A stretch of 64,000 nucleotides of DNA from an uncultured Mobiluncus sp. (GTDB taxonomy: Bacteria > Actinomycetota > Actinomycetes > Actinomycetales > Actinomycetaceae): NCBI RefSeq assembly GCF_902488535.1, contig NZ_CABTWO010000013.1:571-64570 (forward strand), given 5' to 3'. Positions 29,351-39,473 of the stretch are shown piece by piece; position 1 is the stretch's first letter; each line of letters begins with the position of its first letter. Made by a program: the position numbers and the translations under genes. Below the pieces are notes generated by a model. The model made no database searches. It was not told the origin of the DNA and saw nothing but the letters and a program-made list of their open reading frames with translations.

Positions 29351-30648
29351 GTGAAATTGGAACCTATCCCCGTGAGGTGCATGAACGCTTTGTCACGGAG
29401 ATCCACAAGCGGGGCAACCGCACGGACTTTGAACGCGATCGGGCACGGATACTCCATTCCTCCGCGTTGCGCCGGCTCGGTGAAAAAACTCAGGTATTAG
29501 GTCCCATTGCCAATGATTTTTCGCGGACGCGCCTGACGCATTCCCTGGAAGTTGCCCAGGTGGGGCGCGAACTTGGCAAAGGGCTGGGGTGTGACCCTGA
29601 CGTGGTTGATGCGGCCTGTCTGGCCCACGACTTGGGACACCCGCCCTTCGGGCATTCCGGGGAGCGGGTGCTCAATGACTTGGCCAAGGATATTGGCGGG
29701 TTTGAGGGTAACGCCCAGACGTTGCGCCTGGTGACCCGCCTGGAGCCGAAAGTCGTTAGTCCCCAAGGTCAGTGGGTGGGGCTGAATCTGACTCGTGCCA
29801 CTCTCGATGCCATCGCGAAATATCCTTGGCTACGCGGTGAAGGGCCTCATGGTGCGGATTCCCCCAAGTTCGGGGTCTACGCCGAAGACCGGGACGTTTT
29901 CCAGTGGCTGCGCGTCGGCGCCCCTGTGAATCACCGCTGCATTGAGGCCCAAGTTATGGACCTCGCCGATGACATTGGCTACTCAGTCCATGACGTTGAG
30001 GACGCGGTTGCCCTCGGGTCGGCCAGCTTGGGAGACTTGGAAAATGAAAAAACTTTTGTTGACGTGGTTGACATCACGAGGCGTTGGTACGCGAGTTCTT
30101 TCGGTCCGGGCAAGTTCAGTGCGGACGACTTGGCGGCCGCCCACGAAAGGCTGCGGCAAATGCCTTTCTGGCTGACCGAGCCGGTGGCGGATTACCGTTC
30201 CCAAGCCGCTTTGAAAGACATGACCTCCCAGCTCATCGGGCGCTTCGCGTTGGCCTGTCACGACGCTACCTGCCAACGATACGGTGAACGCCCTCTGGCT
30301 CGCTATGATGCGGACGTCATAGTCCCCCTCGAAACTCAAGCGGAAATCCTGTTACTCAAAGGTATCGCCGTGTACTACGTCATGGCGCCGCGCGAAACTA
30401 CTCATGACCACTTGACGCAACAACAAATGCTTTCCGACCTAGTGTGGGCGCTACTGGAGCAGGAAGTCACCGGGCAGCGGGTTTTGCAGGAGCCTTACCG
30501 GACCGAATGGCTGCGCGCGGAAGAGCATTCTCTGGGTCGGGATGCCGGTCGCCTGCGGGCGGTAATAGACCAGGTAGCGAGCTTGACTGACCTGTCGGCA
30601 GCCGCTTGGCATGCCCGTTTAGTGGGGATGATTACGCAACCCGTCTGA
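29347..30648 (+). CDS. dgt: deoxyguanosinetriphosphate triphosphohydrolase
   Basis: FERDRARILHS, RTRLTHSLEV, HDLGHPPFGH, FEGNAQ, ADDIGYSVHD. Confidence 0.95.
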   Translation: MSEIGTYPREVHERFVTEIHKRGNRTDFERDRARILHSSALRRLGEKTQVLGPIANDFSRTRLTHSLEVAQVGRELGKGLGCDPDVVDAACLAHDLGHPPFGHSGERVLNDLAKDIGGFEGNAQTLRLVTRLEPKVVSPQGQWVGLNLTRATLDAIAKYPWLRGEGPHGADSPKFGVYAEDRDVFQWLRVGAPVNHRCIEAQVMDLADDIGYSVHDVEDAVALGSASLGDLENEKTFVDVVDITRRWYASSFGPGKFSADDLAAAHERLRQMPFWLTEPVADYRSQAALKDMTSQLIGRFALACHDATCQRYGERPLARYDADVIVPLETQAEILLLKGIAVYYVMAPRETTHDHLTQQQMLSDLVWALLEQEVTGQRVLQEPYRTEWLRAEEHSLGRDAGRLRAVIDQVASLTDLSAAAWHARLVGMITQPV

Positions 30649-30674
30649 CCCAAAACTTAGGCTAGTATGATTGC

Positions 30675-32759
30675 ATGGCTTCCAAGTTCGACCCCGACGA
30701 CCTGCAAAAGATACGCGAAGCTATCCCCATTGAGTCGGTGGTCAGCGACTATGTGAGTCTGCAGCGTAAAGGGAGCTCACTGATGGGCTTGTGCCCGTTC
30801 CATGACGAAAAGACGGCGTCTTTTAGCGTGACTCCGGTGCGCAATATGTGGCACTGCTTTGGTTGCGGTGAGGGTGGGGACACCATCGACTTTGTGCAAC
30901 GCATCGAGGGGCTGACTTTCCCCGAGGCTGTAGAGTTTTTAGCCGCAAAAGCCGGAATCACGATGCACTACGTGGAGGGCGCGGCCATTACGAAAGATCG
31001 CGTGGAGCCGGGAACACGGCAGCGCCTGCTGGAATGCAACCAGGTAGCGCAGGACTTTTTTGTATCCCAACTCGTGTCCCCCGGAGCAGAGCGGGCGCGG
31101 AATTTCATAGAAGGAAGAGCTTTCACATCCCAAGACGCGGCTCTCTTCGGGATGGGCTACGCGCCCCCGGGCTGGAACAACCTCACCGATTACCTCCGTT
31201 CGAAAGGCTTTACCGAACAGGAGATTGTGACGGTCGGCTTGGGCAAACCGGGACAACGCGGCATCTATGACGTGTTTCGGGACCGTGTTATGTGGCCTAT
31301 CAAAGATCCGGCCGGAGCCATACTGGGTTTCGGTGGGCGGCGTTTAGACGATTCAGATCCGCAAGTCCCGAAATACATCAACACCCCAGAATCCCCGATT
31401 TATCACAAATCCTCCGTGCTCTACGGTCTGGATTTGGCGCGTCCGAACATCGGTAAAGAGCGGCGCTGTGTCATCGTCGAGGGCTACACCGACGTGATGG
31501 CGGCGCATTTGTCCGGCATTACTACTGCGGTCGCGACCTGCGGTACCGCATTTACAGAAGATCACGCGAAACAGATTCGCCGATTCATCGGTACTTCCGC
31601 GGACAGTGCCTCCTCTCTAAAGCTGCCTGGTGGTCTGCCTCCGCGCGGCGGAGAGGTCATCTTCACTTTTGACGGTGACGCCGCCGGGCAAGCTGCAGCT
31701 CTCAAGGCTTTCCGCACCGACCAGGACTTTGCCTCCCAGGCTTTCGTGGCAGTCGCCGACGATGGTTTGGATCCCTGTGATTTGCGGATGCAGCGCGGGC
31801 CAGGGGCGGTGCGTGACCTGATTGAGAGTCGCCGACCCCTATTTGATTTCGTGTTAAAGACCCTCATCGCGAAATATGACTTGGAAAGCCCCGCGGCCCG
31901 CATCGAAGCTATGCGTGCGGCAGCGCCGGTGGTGGCGGAAATTCGCGACAAGGCATTGCGAACCGAATACGTGAAGCAACTGAGCGGCTGGTTGGGGGCC
32001 AATTTTAGGGATACCTGGTACGCGGTCAATGACGCTTGGAAACAGTTGCGTTCCCAACAGCGTGGTGGCGCCGGCTTTGACGGGTCGTCACGTTCGGGAC
32101 CGGGGGGACCCGGCATCGCTTCCCGCGGTAGTGGAAACGGTGCCAATCCCGGGAACATGACCGGGGAAGCCTCGGGGGGCAATACCCAGATTTTTCCCCA
32201 AACTCGGCTGGATCCGGCGGTGGATACCGATCCGATTTGGCGGGTGGAACGCGACGTGTTGATAGCAGCTTTGCAGTTCCCGGGTTTAGCTGCCCAAACT
32301 GCTTTTGACACGTTGGATCCGCAGAGCTTCACCCAACCCACTTTGCGCGCCATTTTTGAGGTCGTCGCCGCGATTGGAGGTACCGAGGAATATCAGCGCC
32401 TGACTGAGGCCGCCCAAACCGCGGGAGAACCGAATCCCGGAAGCCTGGCTCTGAACCGTTGGGCTGCAGCGGTGAAAGCCCAGGCTGGTCCCGTCCTGGT
32501 GGGGGCGTTGACGAACCTGGCGACCCGTCCGGCACCTCTGTATGAAACGGGTCAGTCAGACCAGCAGACCAGAGCCGCGGCGGAGTCTTGGGTGCAAAAT
32601 GCGGTGGAATCCATGGAACGCAAAGGGCTGAACGCCAAAATCGCCAGCTTGAAAGCCCAACTGCGGCGGCTTGACTCCGACTCGCCGGAAAAGCCGGAAG
32701 TGTTTGCCAAACTCATCGATTTGGAAAACCGGATGCGCGAACTGAACCCCGAATTCTGA
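30675..32759 (+). CDS. dnaG: DNA primase
   Basis: CPFHDEKT..CFGC zinc finger, KYINTPE, VEGYTDV, FDGDAAG, DPCD. Confidence 0.96.
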   Translation: MASKFDPDDLQKIREAIPIESVVSDYVSLQRKGSSLMGLCPFHDEKTASFSVTPVRNMWHCFGCGEGGDTIDFVQRIEGLTFPEAVEFLAAKAGITMHYVEGAAITKDRVEPGTRQRLLECNQVAQDFFVSQLVSPGAERARNFIEGRAFTSQDAALFGMGYAPPGWNNLTDYLRSKGFTEQEIVTVGLGKPGQRGIYDVFRDRVMWPIKDPAGAILGFGGRRLDDSDPQVPKYINTPESPIYHKSSVLYGLDLARPNIGKERRCVIVEGYTDVMAAHLSGITTAVATCGTAFTEDHAKQIRRFIGTSADSASSLKLPGGLPPRGGEVIFTFDGDAAGQAAALKAFRTDQDFASQAFVAVADDGLDPCDLRMQRGPGAVRDLIESRRPLFDFVLKTLIAKYDLESPAARIEAMRAAAPVVAEIRDKALRTEYVKQLSGWLGANFRDTWYAVNDAWKQLRSQQRGGAGFDGSSRSGPGGPGIASRGSGNGANPGNMTGEASGGNTQIFPQTRLDPAVDTDPIWRVERDVLIAALQFPGLAAQTAFDTLDPQSFTQPTLRAIFEVVAAIGGTEEYQRLTEAAQTAGEPNPGSLALNRWAAAVKAQAGPVLVGALTNLATRPAPLYETGQSDQQTRAAAESWVQNAVESMERKGLNAKIASLKAQLRRLDSDSPEKPEVFAKLIDLENRMRELNPEF

Positions 32760-32868
32760 CCTGTGCCATGTACCTGTACGGCAGGTCCACGTAATTCGCG
32801 CCCTTGTGCCGTATTTCGTACCAGTGCCGGAGTATCTCAAAGTTAGGGAAGGTTATTGGGACTGCGGT

Positions 32869-33681
32869 CTAAAAACCAGACGCCGGATAGCGCAGTTCCA
32901 GCTGTGCCAACGGCAGCTGCCCCGGCGCGGACTGCGGACCGCCTACCGTAACGAAAGTACCCCAGTTACCCATCTGTGGACCCGCTAGACGAGTGGGTTG
33001 TCCCAACTCACCCATCCCAATCAAGATTGTGGGTCTTTGGGTCAGCAGGAAAGTGGTCTTGCCGCCCTTTTGCAGATTCTCCAGTTGTTGAGGGGTTTGC
33101 GGCGAAAAGGCCGCCTTAGATACGTCCGCTCCCAGATTGAGCTGATAAATGAGCAGGTCGCTGACTTCGTTCTCGCTGTTAGGCGAAGGCTCCCAACAGT
33201 GACGGGACAAGATCACGCCCGTACCGTTGGCGTGAATGTTACGCAACAGGCCCCCCAAACGTTTCTCGTTGTCCTCTTGCGCGTGGGGATCCTCGGCCGC
33301 GGCAGCGGCTTGCTCCGCGGTCATGCCCAGGTAGGGATAGTTCGACTCGACGTCCACCCAGTCGGCACATTTCGCGGCCTGTGCCGCGAGATTCTCATAA
33401 ACTTCCGCGGTAATCGAGACGTGTCCTCCCTCGGTTCGGAAAGTCGCCAAGATGGGGCGTTTTACCTGTTCACGAGCCTGGCGCAGGAGGTCTGCGACTT
33501 CGGCAAAGTCGTGTTTCGTGCCTTGGAAGGACCCGCGGGACAGCCACGCCCCATCCAAACGAATCTCGACCAGTTCGACTCGTGGATGCATGTCACGGAT
33601 GAGCCGGTCATAGCCCAGGGCCCCCGGGTTCACCGAGGTGATAAAAGTGGGCCGGCGCCAATCCGCAAACAATTCCGTCAT
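32869..33681 (-). CDS. aroD: type I 3-dehydroquinate dehydratase
   Basis: VEIRLD, LATFRTEGG, VDVE, SRH, ADVSK, IGMGELG..RL, SAPGQL. Confidence 0.8.
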   Translation of the reverse strand: MTELFADWRRPTFITSVNPGALGYDRLIRDMHPRVELVEIRLDGAWLSRGSFQGTKHDFAEVADLLRQAREQVKRPILATFRTEGGHVSITAEVYENLAAQAAKCADWVDVESNYPYLGMTAEQAAAAAEDPHAQEDNEKRLGGLLRNIHANGTGVILSRHCWEPSPNSENEVSDLLIYQLNLGADVSKAAFSPQTPQQLENLQKGGKTTFLLTQRPTILIGMGELGQPTRLAGPQMGNWGTFVTVGGPQSAPGQLPLAQLELRYPASGF

Positions 33682-34291
33682 GGTTCGATTTTAGCGCGGG
33701 TGGCAATCCGAAAGGATTGCGACCCTGACTATTGAACGGGTTAGTTGAGTGCAGAACCAAGGCGAGACAGGCCGTAAAGCGGCAAGTTGAGCGTGCTTTC
33801 GCCGTGCCCGAATTCGGCAGGTGAGACGCGCACGCCGAGGGGCAAATCGTAGCGTTTCGCGAACACGCCCAGGGAACGGGCTCTTTGCTTGGGTGCGTTG
33901 AAAGCCATTAATTTGGCAATTAAATCGAGTTTTACCACAGGATTTGTGGCAAAAAAATGATTTTATTTATCGTAAAACTGGCATAATTGCTGGCTGTTCG
34001 CAATTCCGCAAATCTTGTCGTGGTTGGGGAACGTACCGAATCGTCGAAAACGCAACCCGGGGAAAGCGACGCAGGACGAGTGAAGTACTGAGTCGGAACG
34101 AAGTGGAGGCTCAAGTAATTCCGAGGCCGCGGGGAGGCAACGTTTTTTCTTTAGTCAGGCTTGCGAAAATCAAAACATAGCTCTGAGGCCTGATGAGCTG
34201 GAATCCTCCGGTTTAAAGCCTTACAGGGAGAGCGACAAAGCCCGGGCGTTAGAATCAAACCGCACAAAAACACCAGAGCAAAGGGGCAAAA

Positions 34292-35959
34292 GTGGCCGAT
34301 TTCTTTTATGCTGACATCCTGCCGCACGGCGAGGACACTTATACGTACCGCAAACTGACCAGCGAGGGGGTTAGCGAAGTCGAGGGGCCGGACGGGACGA
34401 AATTCCTGAAGGTCGAACCGGAGGCGCTGACACTGCTGGCCGAGACCGCGTTCCACGACATTTCGCACTACCTGCGCACGGCTCACCTGCAGCAGCTGCG
34501 CAAGATTCTCGACGACCCCGAGGCATCGGGCAACGACAAGTTCGTGGCGATGGACCTGCTGCGCAACGCGAACATCGCGGCGGCGGGGGTTCTGCCCATG
34601 TGCCAGGACACAGGCACCGCCATTATCAAAGGTGAGCGCGGTCAACACGTGCTGACCCCCGGACCGGATGAAGCAGCGCTGTCCCGCGGGGTCTACAACG
34701 CCTACACGAAACTGAACCTGCGCTATTCCCAAAACAGCCCCCTGTCTATGTATGAGGAAAAGAACACCGGGTGCAACCTTCCGGCGCAGGTGGAGCTGTA
34801 TGCAGAGACCGCTCCGGGACACGAAGCGGAATACCGTTTCCTATTCATGGCCAAGGGTGGCGGTTCGGCCAACAAGTCTTACCTCTACCAGATGACCAAG
34901 GCGATTCTTGACCCTGAACACATGATGCAGTTCCTGGAGGAAAAGATTCGGTCCCTCGGCACGGCCGCCTGCCCGCCCTACCACTTGGCGATCGTCATCG
35001 GCGGCACTTCTGCGGAATACACACTCAAGACCGCGAAGTACGCTTCGGCTCACTACCTGGATGGTTTGCCCACCCACGGCGGCGAACAGGCACAAGGGTT
35101 CCGCGACCTGAAGATGGAAGAGGAAGTCCTTGACCTGACTCGCCACATGGGCATCGGCGCCCAGTTCGGCGGCAAGTATTTCTGCCATGACGTGCGGGTG
35201 GTGCGTCTGCCGCGTCACGGCGCCTCCCTGCCGGTAGCCATCGCGGTGTCATGTTCAGCTGACCGGCAGTGCGTCGCGAAAATCAACAAGGACGGGGTGT
35301 TTATCGAGGCGCTGGACACTGATCCGGGTCGGTTTATGCCTGACCCCAGCGAGGCGGAACTTGGCGGCGACGAGGCGGTCGCGATTGACTTGAACCGCCC
35401 GATGAAGGACGTCCTCGCCGAACTCACCAAGTACCCCATCAAGACGCGGCTTTCCCTGACCGGAGCCCTCATCGTGGCTCGTGACATTGCCCACGCGAAG
35501 CTCCGTGAGCGCCTGGAAAAGGAGGGCGACCTGCCCCAATACTTCAAAGATCACCCGGTGTACTACGCGGGTCCGGCGAAAACTCCCGAGGGAATGCCGT
35601 CGGGGTCCTTCGGGCCAACCACGGCTTCGCGTATGGATCCCTACGTGGACCTGTTCCAAGCTCATGGCGGCTCGATGATTATGCTGGCCAAGGGTAATCG
35701 CGGCCAGACTGTCACCGACGCCTGCAAGAAGCATGGCGGGTTCTATCTCGGCTCCATCGGCGGGCCGGCCGCAGAGTTGGCTGCGCACTCCATCAAGAAG
35801 GTCGAGGTTTTGGAGTACCCCGAGCTGGGAATGGAGGCCGTGTGGAAGATTGAAGTCGAGGACTTCCCGGCTTTCATCGTGGTGGACGACAAGGGCAACA
35901 ATTTCTTCGAGGGCTTGGACAAGGTGGTGCTCACCTTGAAGGTGCCGCCAAAGAAGTAG
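34292..35959 (+). CDS. class I (Fe-S) fumarate hydratase
   Basis: [53 protein letters not shown]. Confidence 0.95.
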   Translation: MADFFYADILPHGEDTYTYRKLTSEGVSEVEGPDGTKFLKVEPEALTLLAETAFHDISHYLRTAHLQQLRKILDDPEASGNDKFVAMDLLRNANIAAAGVLPMCQDTGTAIIKGERGQHVLTPGPDEAALSRGVYNAYTKLNLRYSQNSPLSMYEEKNTGCNLPAQVELYAETAPGHEAEYRFLFMAKGGGSANKSYLYQMTKAILDPEHMMQFLEEKIRSLGTAACPPYHLAIVIGGTSAEYTLKTAKYASAHYLDGLPTHGGEQAQGFRDLKMEEEVLDLTRHMGIGAQFGGKYFCHDVRVVRLPRHGASLPVAIAVSCSADRQCVAKINKDGVFIEALDTDPGRFMPDPSEAELGGDEAVAIDLNRPMKDVLAELTKYPIKTRLSLTGALIVARDIAHAKLRERLEKEGDLPQYFKDHPVYYAGPAKTPEGMPSGSFGPTTASRMDPYVDLFQAHGGSMIMLAKGNRGQTVTDACKKHGGFYLGSIGGPAAELAAHSIKKVEVLEYPELGMEAVWKIEVEDFPAFIVVDDKGNNFFEGLDKVVLTLKVPPKK

Positions 35960-35973
35960 TCGTCATCGGTTTC

Positions 35974-36020
35974 TAGTGCGGGCGCCTCGAGGGTAGTTAT
36001 TCTTCGGGGCGCCCGCACTA
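35974..36020 (+). terminator. terminator hairpin after fumarase
   Basis: TAGTGCGGGCGCC..GGCGCCCGCACTA inverted repeat. Confidence 0.7.
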
Positions 36021-36217
36021 TATACGCAGGTAGCAGCGGCTTTGTGGGGGGAGATTGGCGGGAAAAAGTGCACCCAACACGTGAATGCACCTCAGGATGA
36101 AATCTGGGACTAAATACACATATAAAAACAACTTCCATGCGATACACTATTTATCGTCCAACTCATGAACCCATGAGCTGTGCGTACAACGAAGTATTCG
36201 CGGAGGGTTTTTTTACG

Positions 36218-37378
36218 ATGATTATTGGTGTACCCAAGGAAATTATGAGCGGTGAAGACCGCGTGGCTGCTACCCCGGAAACGGTGGCGGATATGGTCGG
36301 CAAAGGCTTGACCGTACTGGTCGAAAAAGGTGCTGGGGAAGGTTCTTTCTTCCACGACCCGGAATACGTCTCGGCGGGAGCTGAGATGGTCGACGACCCA
36401 GAGGAAGTCTACCAGCGGGCGGATCTGATTTTGAAAGTCAAGGAACCGCTGTTCAACGAGGCGAAGGGCCGCTCTGAAATCTCCATGATGCATAAGGGTC
36501 AATACTTGATTACCTTTATTCACCCGGCTGCTCCGCCCAACCACGAGATGGTCAAAGAGATGGCCGCGCAGGGTGTCATTTCGCTGACTCTGGACGGTGT
36601 GCCGCGTATTTCCCGGGCGCAGAACTTGGATGCTTTGACCTCGATGAGTACCTGCGCCGGGTACAAAGGTATCCTCTTGGCGGCGAACTACCAGCCGTCC
36701 TTCATGCCGTTGATTCACAGCGCTATCGGGCGGATTGACCCGCTGAAGGTGCTGGTTGTCGGTGTTGGCGTGGGCGGCTTGCAGGCCCTAGCTACCGCGA
36801 AGCGTCTGGGTGCGGTGGTGCACGCCGCCGATATCCGCCCGATGGCCGCCGAACAGGCCACCTCTCTGGGTGCTAAGCCGGTTGAACTGGGGGTAGACCC
36901 CGAGAAGGCTATCGGTGAAGGCGGCTACGCCCAGGCTCTGCCGGAAGATGAGTTGGTCAAAGAACGTGCTGCTTTGGCTAAGGTGATTCCCGACATGGAC
37001 ATCATCTTTGCTTCGGCGCTGGTGCCGGGCCATTTGGCGCCGCGGCTCATTACCGAGGATATGGTGAAATCCATGAAGCCCGGTTCGGTCATCGTGGATA
37101 TTTCCATTGACCAGGGCGGCAACTGCGAAATCACGCCTCCGGGCAAGGTGGAAGTCAAGCACCACGTCACCTTGGTAGGGATTAAGAACATCCCTGGTAT
37201 GCTGCCGAAGAGCTCGACTTTCATGTTCGCCAAGAACATTGCCAACTTCGTGGACTTCCTGGTGAAGGATGGCCAAATCGTCCTGGATCGCAGCGATGAG
37301 ATTATCGCCAAGACCCTCACGACTATCGACGGCGAAATTGTCCACGTCGGTGCGCGCGAGGCGATGGGTCTGGCCTAA
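36218..37378 (+). CDS. pntA: NAD(P) transhydrogenase alpha subunit, part 1 (dI)
   Basis: Start MIIGVPKE after GGAGG; RVAATPE, PRISRAQ, GVGVGGLQA, GGNCE. Confidence 0.92.
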   Translation: MIIGVPKEIMSGEDRVAATPETVADMVGKGLTVLVEKGAGEGSFFHDPEYVSAGAEMVDDPEEVYQRADLILKVKEPLFNEAKGRSEISMMHKGQYLITFIHPAAPPNHEMVKEMAAQGVISLTLDGVPRISRAQNLDALTSMSTCAGYKGILLAANYQPSFMPLIHSAIGRIDPLKVLVVGVGVGGLQALATAKRLGAVVHAADIRPMAAEQATSLGAKPVELGVDPEKAIGEGGYAQALPEDELVKERAALAKVIPDMDIIFASALVPGHLAPRLITEDMVKSMKPGSVIVDISIDQGGNCEITPPGKVEVKHHVTLVGIKNIPGMLPKSSTFMFAKNIANFVDFLVKDGQIVLDRSDEIIAKTLTTIDGEIVHVGAREAMGLA

Positions 37379-37520
37379 AGACCCGAGATTGTGACGATTA
37401 GGGCGGCCGGCCGGTCAACGGTGAGGTCGCCCTAATCGGTGCCTCGGGGCGGCGTCACCGCCCTGCTCAGCTAAATTTATTTGAAATCCCTGACAAAACC
37501 GTAACCCAAGGAGAAAATCG

Positions 37521-37847
37521 ATGACTCCCTTCCAAGGCGTGTTATTGGTCGTGCTGGTGGTGTTTACCCTGGTCGGCTATAAAATCATCAGCCATGTTCC
37601 CAGCCTTTTACACACCCCGCTGATGAGCGGGATGAACGCTTTTTCCGGCGTGACCGTGCTGGGCTGTCTGACTGCTGCCGCATTGGCGGTGAGTCTGGGG
37701 TCAAAAGCGCTGGGCTTGCTGGCAGTTGCGCTGGCGATGGTGAACATTGTCGGCGGTTTTGGGGTGACTGACCGGATGCTGCGGATGTTCGACAAGAAGC
37801 GCAAGCCCGTCGCCGGTGGGAGTGCTCAGCCTGGAGAGGGGGAGTAG
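37521..37847 (+). CDS. pntA: NAD(P) transhydrogenase alpha subunit, part 2 (membrane)
   Basis: VPSLLHTPLMSGMNAFSG, NIVGGFGVTDRMLRMF. Confidence 0.93.
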   Translation: MTPFQGVLLVVLVVFTLVGYKIISHVPSLLHTPLMSGMNAFSGVTVLGCLTAAALAVSLGSKALGLLAVALAMVNIVGGFGVTDRMLRMFDKKRKPVAGGSAQPGEGE

Positions 37848-37849
37848 TC

Positions 37850-39388
37850 ATGGATAACAGCTTGAATCTGGTGGGGGCACAAGGTCCGAACAGTCTGCTC
37901 TACTATGCCATCTCGGTAGTACTGGTGATACTGGTGCTGGTGGGATTAAATATGCTCTCCAAGGTGCAGACGGCGGTACGCGGCAACCTTCTGGGTGCGT
38001 TGGCGATGGCTCTGGCTATCGTGGCGACACTGTGGAACTTCGGGATTCTCAGCGCGGTCGAACTCTATGCTGCGATGCTGGTCGGAGCTTTATTCGGAAT
38101 CATCATCTGGCGAAAAACTAAGATGATTCGGATGCCGCAAACCGTGGCCCTGCTCAACGGATTGGGTGGCATGGCCTCGATGCTTGCCGGGGCGCTGGCC
38201 TTGACCGGACACGCTGATAACAACGCTTTTGCCCAGTTCACGGCCGGTTTAGCGGTCGCTGTTGGTGGTGCGACCTTCTTTGGTTCCCTCATTGCAGCAG
38301 GGAAGTTGCACCAGATTCTGGATCAGCACCCGAAGGTGCTTCCCGCACACTCCGTGTGGGTGGGTCTGAGCCTGGTGGTCAGTCTGGGTGCCGCCCTAGC
38401 TTACGTTTTTCCACCGTTCAGCAGTCCGGGTGTGGCGCAGACGGTGTTGCTCATCGTCCAGATTGTGGCCGCCAACCTGTTTGGTTACCTGTTGGCGGTA
38501 CGGGTGGGCGGAGCCGATATGCCCATCACGATTTCCCTGTTGAACTCCCTGTCCGGAGTCGCGGGAGCCATCGCCGGCCTGGCCATCTCCGACCTGCTGT
38601 TGGTGGCTATCGGGGCTATCGTCGGGGCTTCCGGTCTGTTGCTGACCCAAATCATGTGCCGGGCGATGAACCGGCATCTCATGGATATTTTGCTGGGTAA
38701 AACTTCCGTCAGCACCGCCGCCGCAACGCCAACTGAAACCGAATCGGAAAAACCAGACGACTCTGCTTGTGCAGGCGAGAACGAAACCGGTGACACCGCT
38801 GCTGGCGACCAACCGACACCCGCAGCACCTGCCGCCGACCCGGAAACCACCTTCGCCGACTGGGTAGAAAATGCCCAGCGTGTTATCTTGGTGCCCGGCT
38901 ACGGCATGGCCCTGTCTCAAGCCCAAGCCCAGGTCAAGCGCCTGTTGGACTACCTGGAAAAGGCCGGAAAGACCGTGGACTTCGCGATTCACCCGGTAGC
39001 AGGCCGGATGCCGGGGCATATGAATGTGCTGTTGGCCGAAGTTGATGTGGATTACGAAAAGCTACGGGAGATGAAAGACATCAACGATGACTTCGCGACC
39101 GCGGATTTGACGGTGGTCGTTGGTGCCAACGACGTGATGAACCCGGCGGCAAACACCGCGGAGGGCACCCCGATTTACGGGATGCCCGTGCTGAACGTGG
39201 GAGACTGCGCCCACGTGGCCATCTTTAACTTCGACTTGAAACCGGGCTATGCCGGGGTGGAAAACCCGCTGTATGCCCGGGCGGAAACAGAACCAGATCG
39301 GGTGCTGATTTTCCAAGGCGATGCGAAGGAAACCTTGGCGGCGCGACTGGACGCAATTGGGGCGCCGCCGGCGCTCGAGCTGTATTAG
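37850..39388 (+). CDS. pntB: NAD(P) transhydrogenase beta subunit
   Basis: GGADMP, CRAMNR, VPGYGMA, HPVAGRMPGHMNVLLAE, GANDVMNPAA. Confidence 0.95.
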   Translation: MDNSLNLVGAQGPNSLLYYAISVVLVILVLVGLNMLSKVQTAVRGNLLGALAMALAIVATLWNFGILSAVELYAAMLVGALFGIIIWRKTKMIRMPQTVALLNGLGGMASMLAGALALTGHADNNAFAQFTAGLAVAVGGATFFGSLIAAGKLHQILDQHPKVLPAHSVWVGLSLVVSLGAALAYVFPPFSSPGVAQTVLLIVQIVAANLFGYLLAVRVGGADMPITISLLNSLSGVAGAIAGLAISDLLLVAIGAIVGASGLLLTQIMCRAMNRHLMDILLGKTSVSTAAATPTETESEKPDDSACAGENETGDTAAGDQPTPAAPAADPETTFADWVENAQRVILVPGYGMALSQAQAQVKRLLDYLEKAGKTVDFAIHPVAGRMPGHMNVLLAEVDVDYEKLREMKDINDDFATADLTVVVGANDVMNPAANTAEGTPIYGMPVLNVGDCAHVAIFNFDLKPGYAGVENPLYARAETEPDRVLIFQGDAKETLAARLDAIGAPPALELY

Positions 39389-39428
39389 TGGCTTTGAGCC
39401 TGATTCCGTGAGGATTACAGGTTAAAAC

Positions 39429-39460
39429 ACCGGGCGCTCCGTACATTCGGGGCGCCCGGT
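39429..39460. terminator. hairpin between convergent pntB and MFS gene
   Basis: ACCGGGCGC..GCGCCCGGT inverted repeat. Confidence 0.65.
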
Positions 39461-39473
39461 AGTTTCATTTTTC

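Noticed and set aside
34190..34220. CTGATGAG as a hammerhead ribozyme core
   Set aside because: The following stem is not followed by GAAA, and stems I/III are not evident
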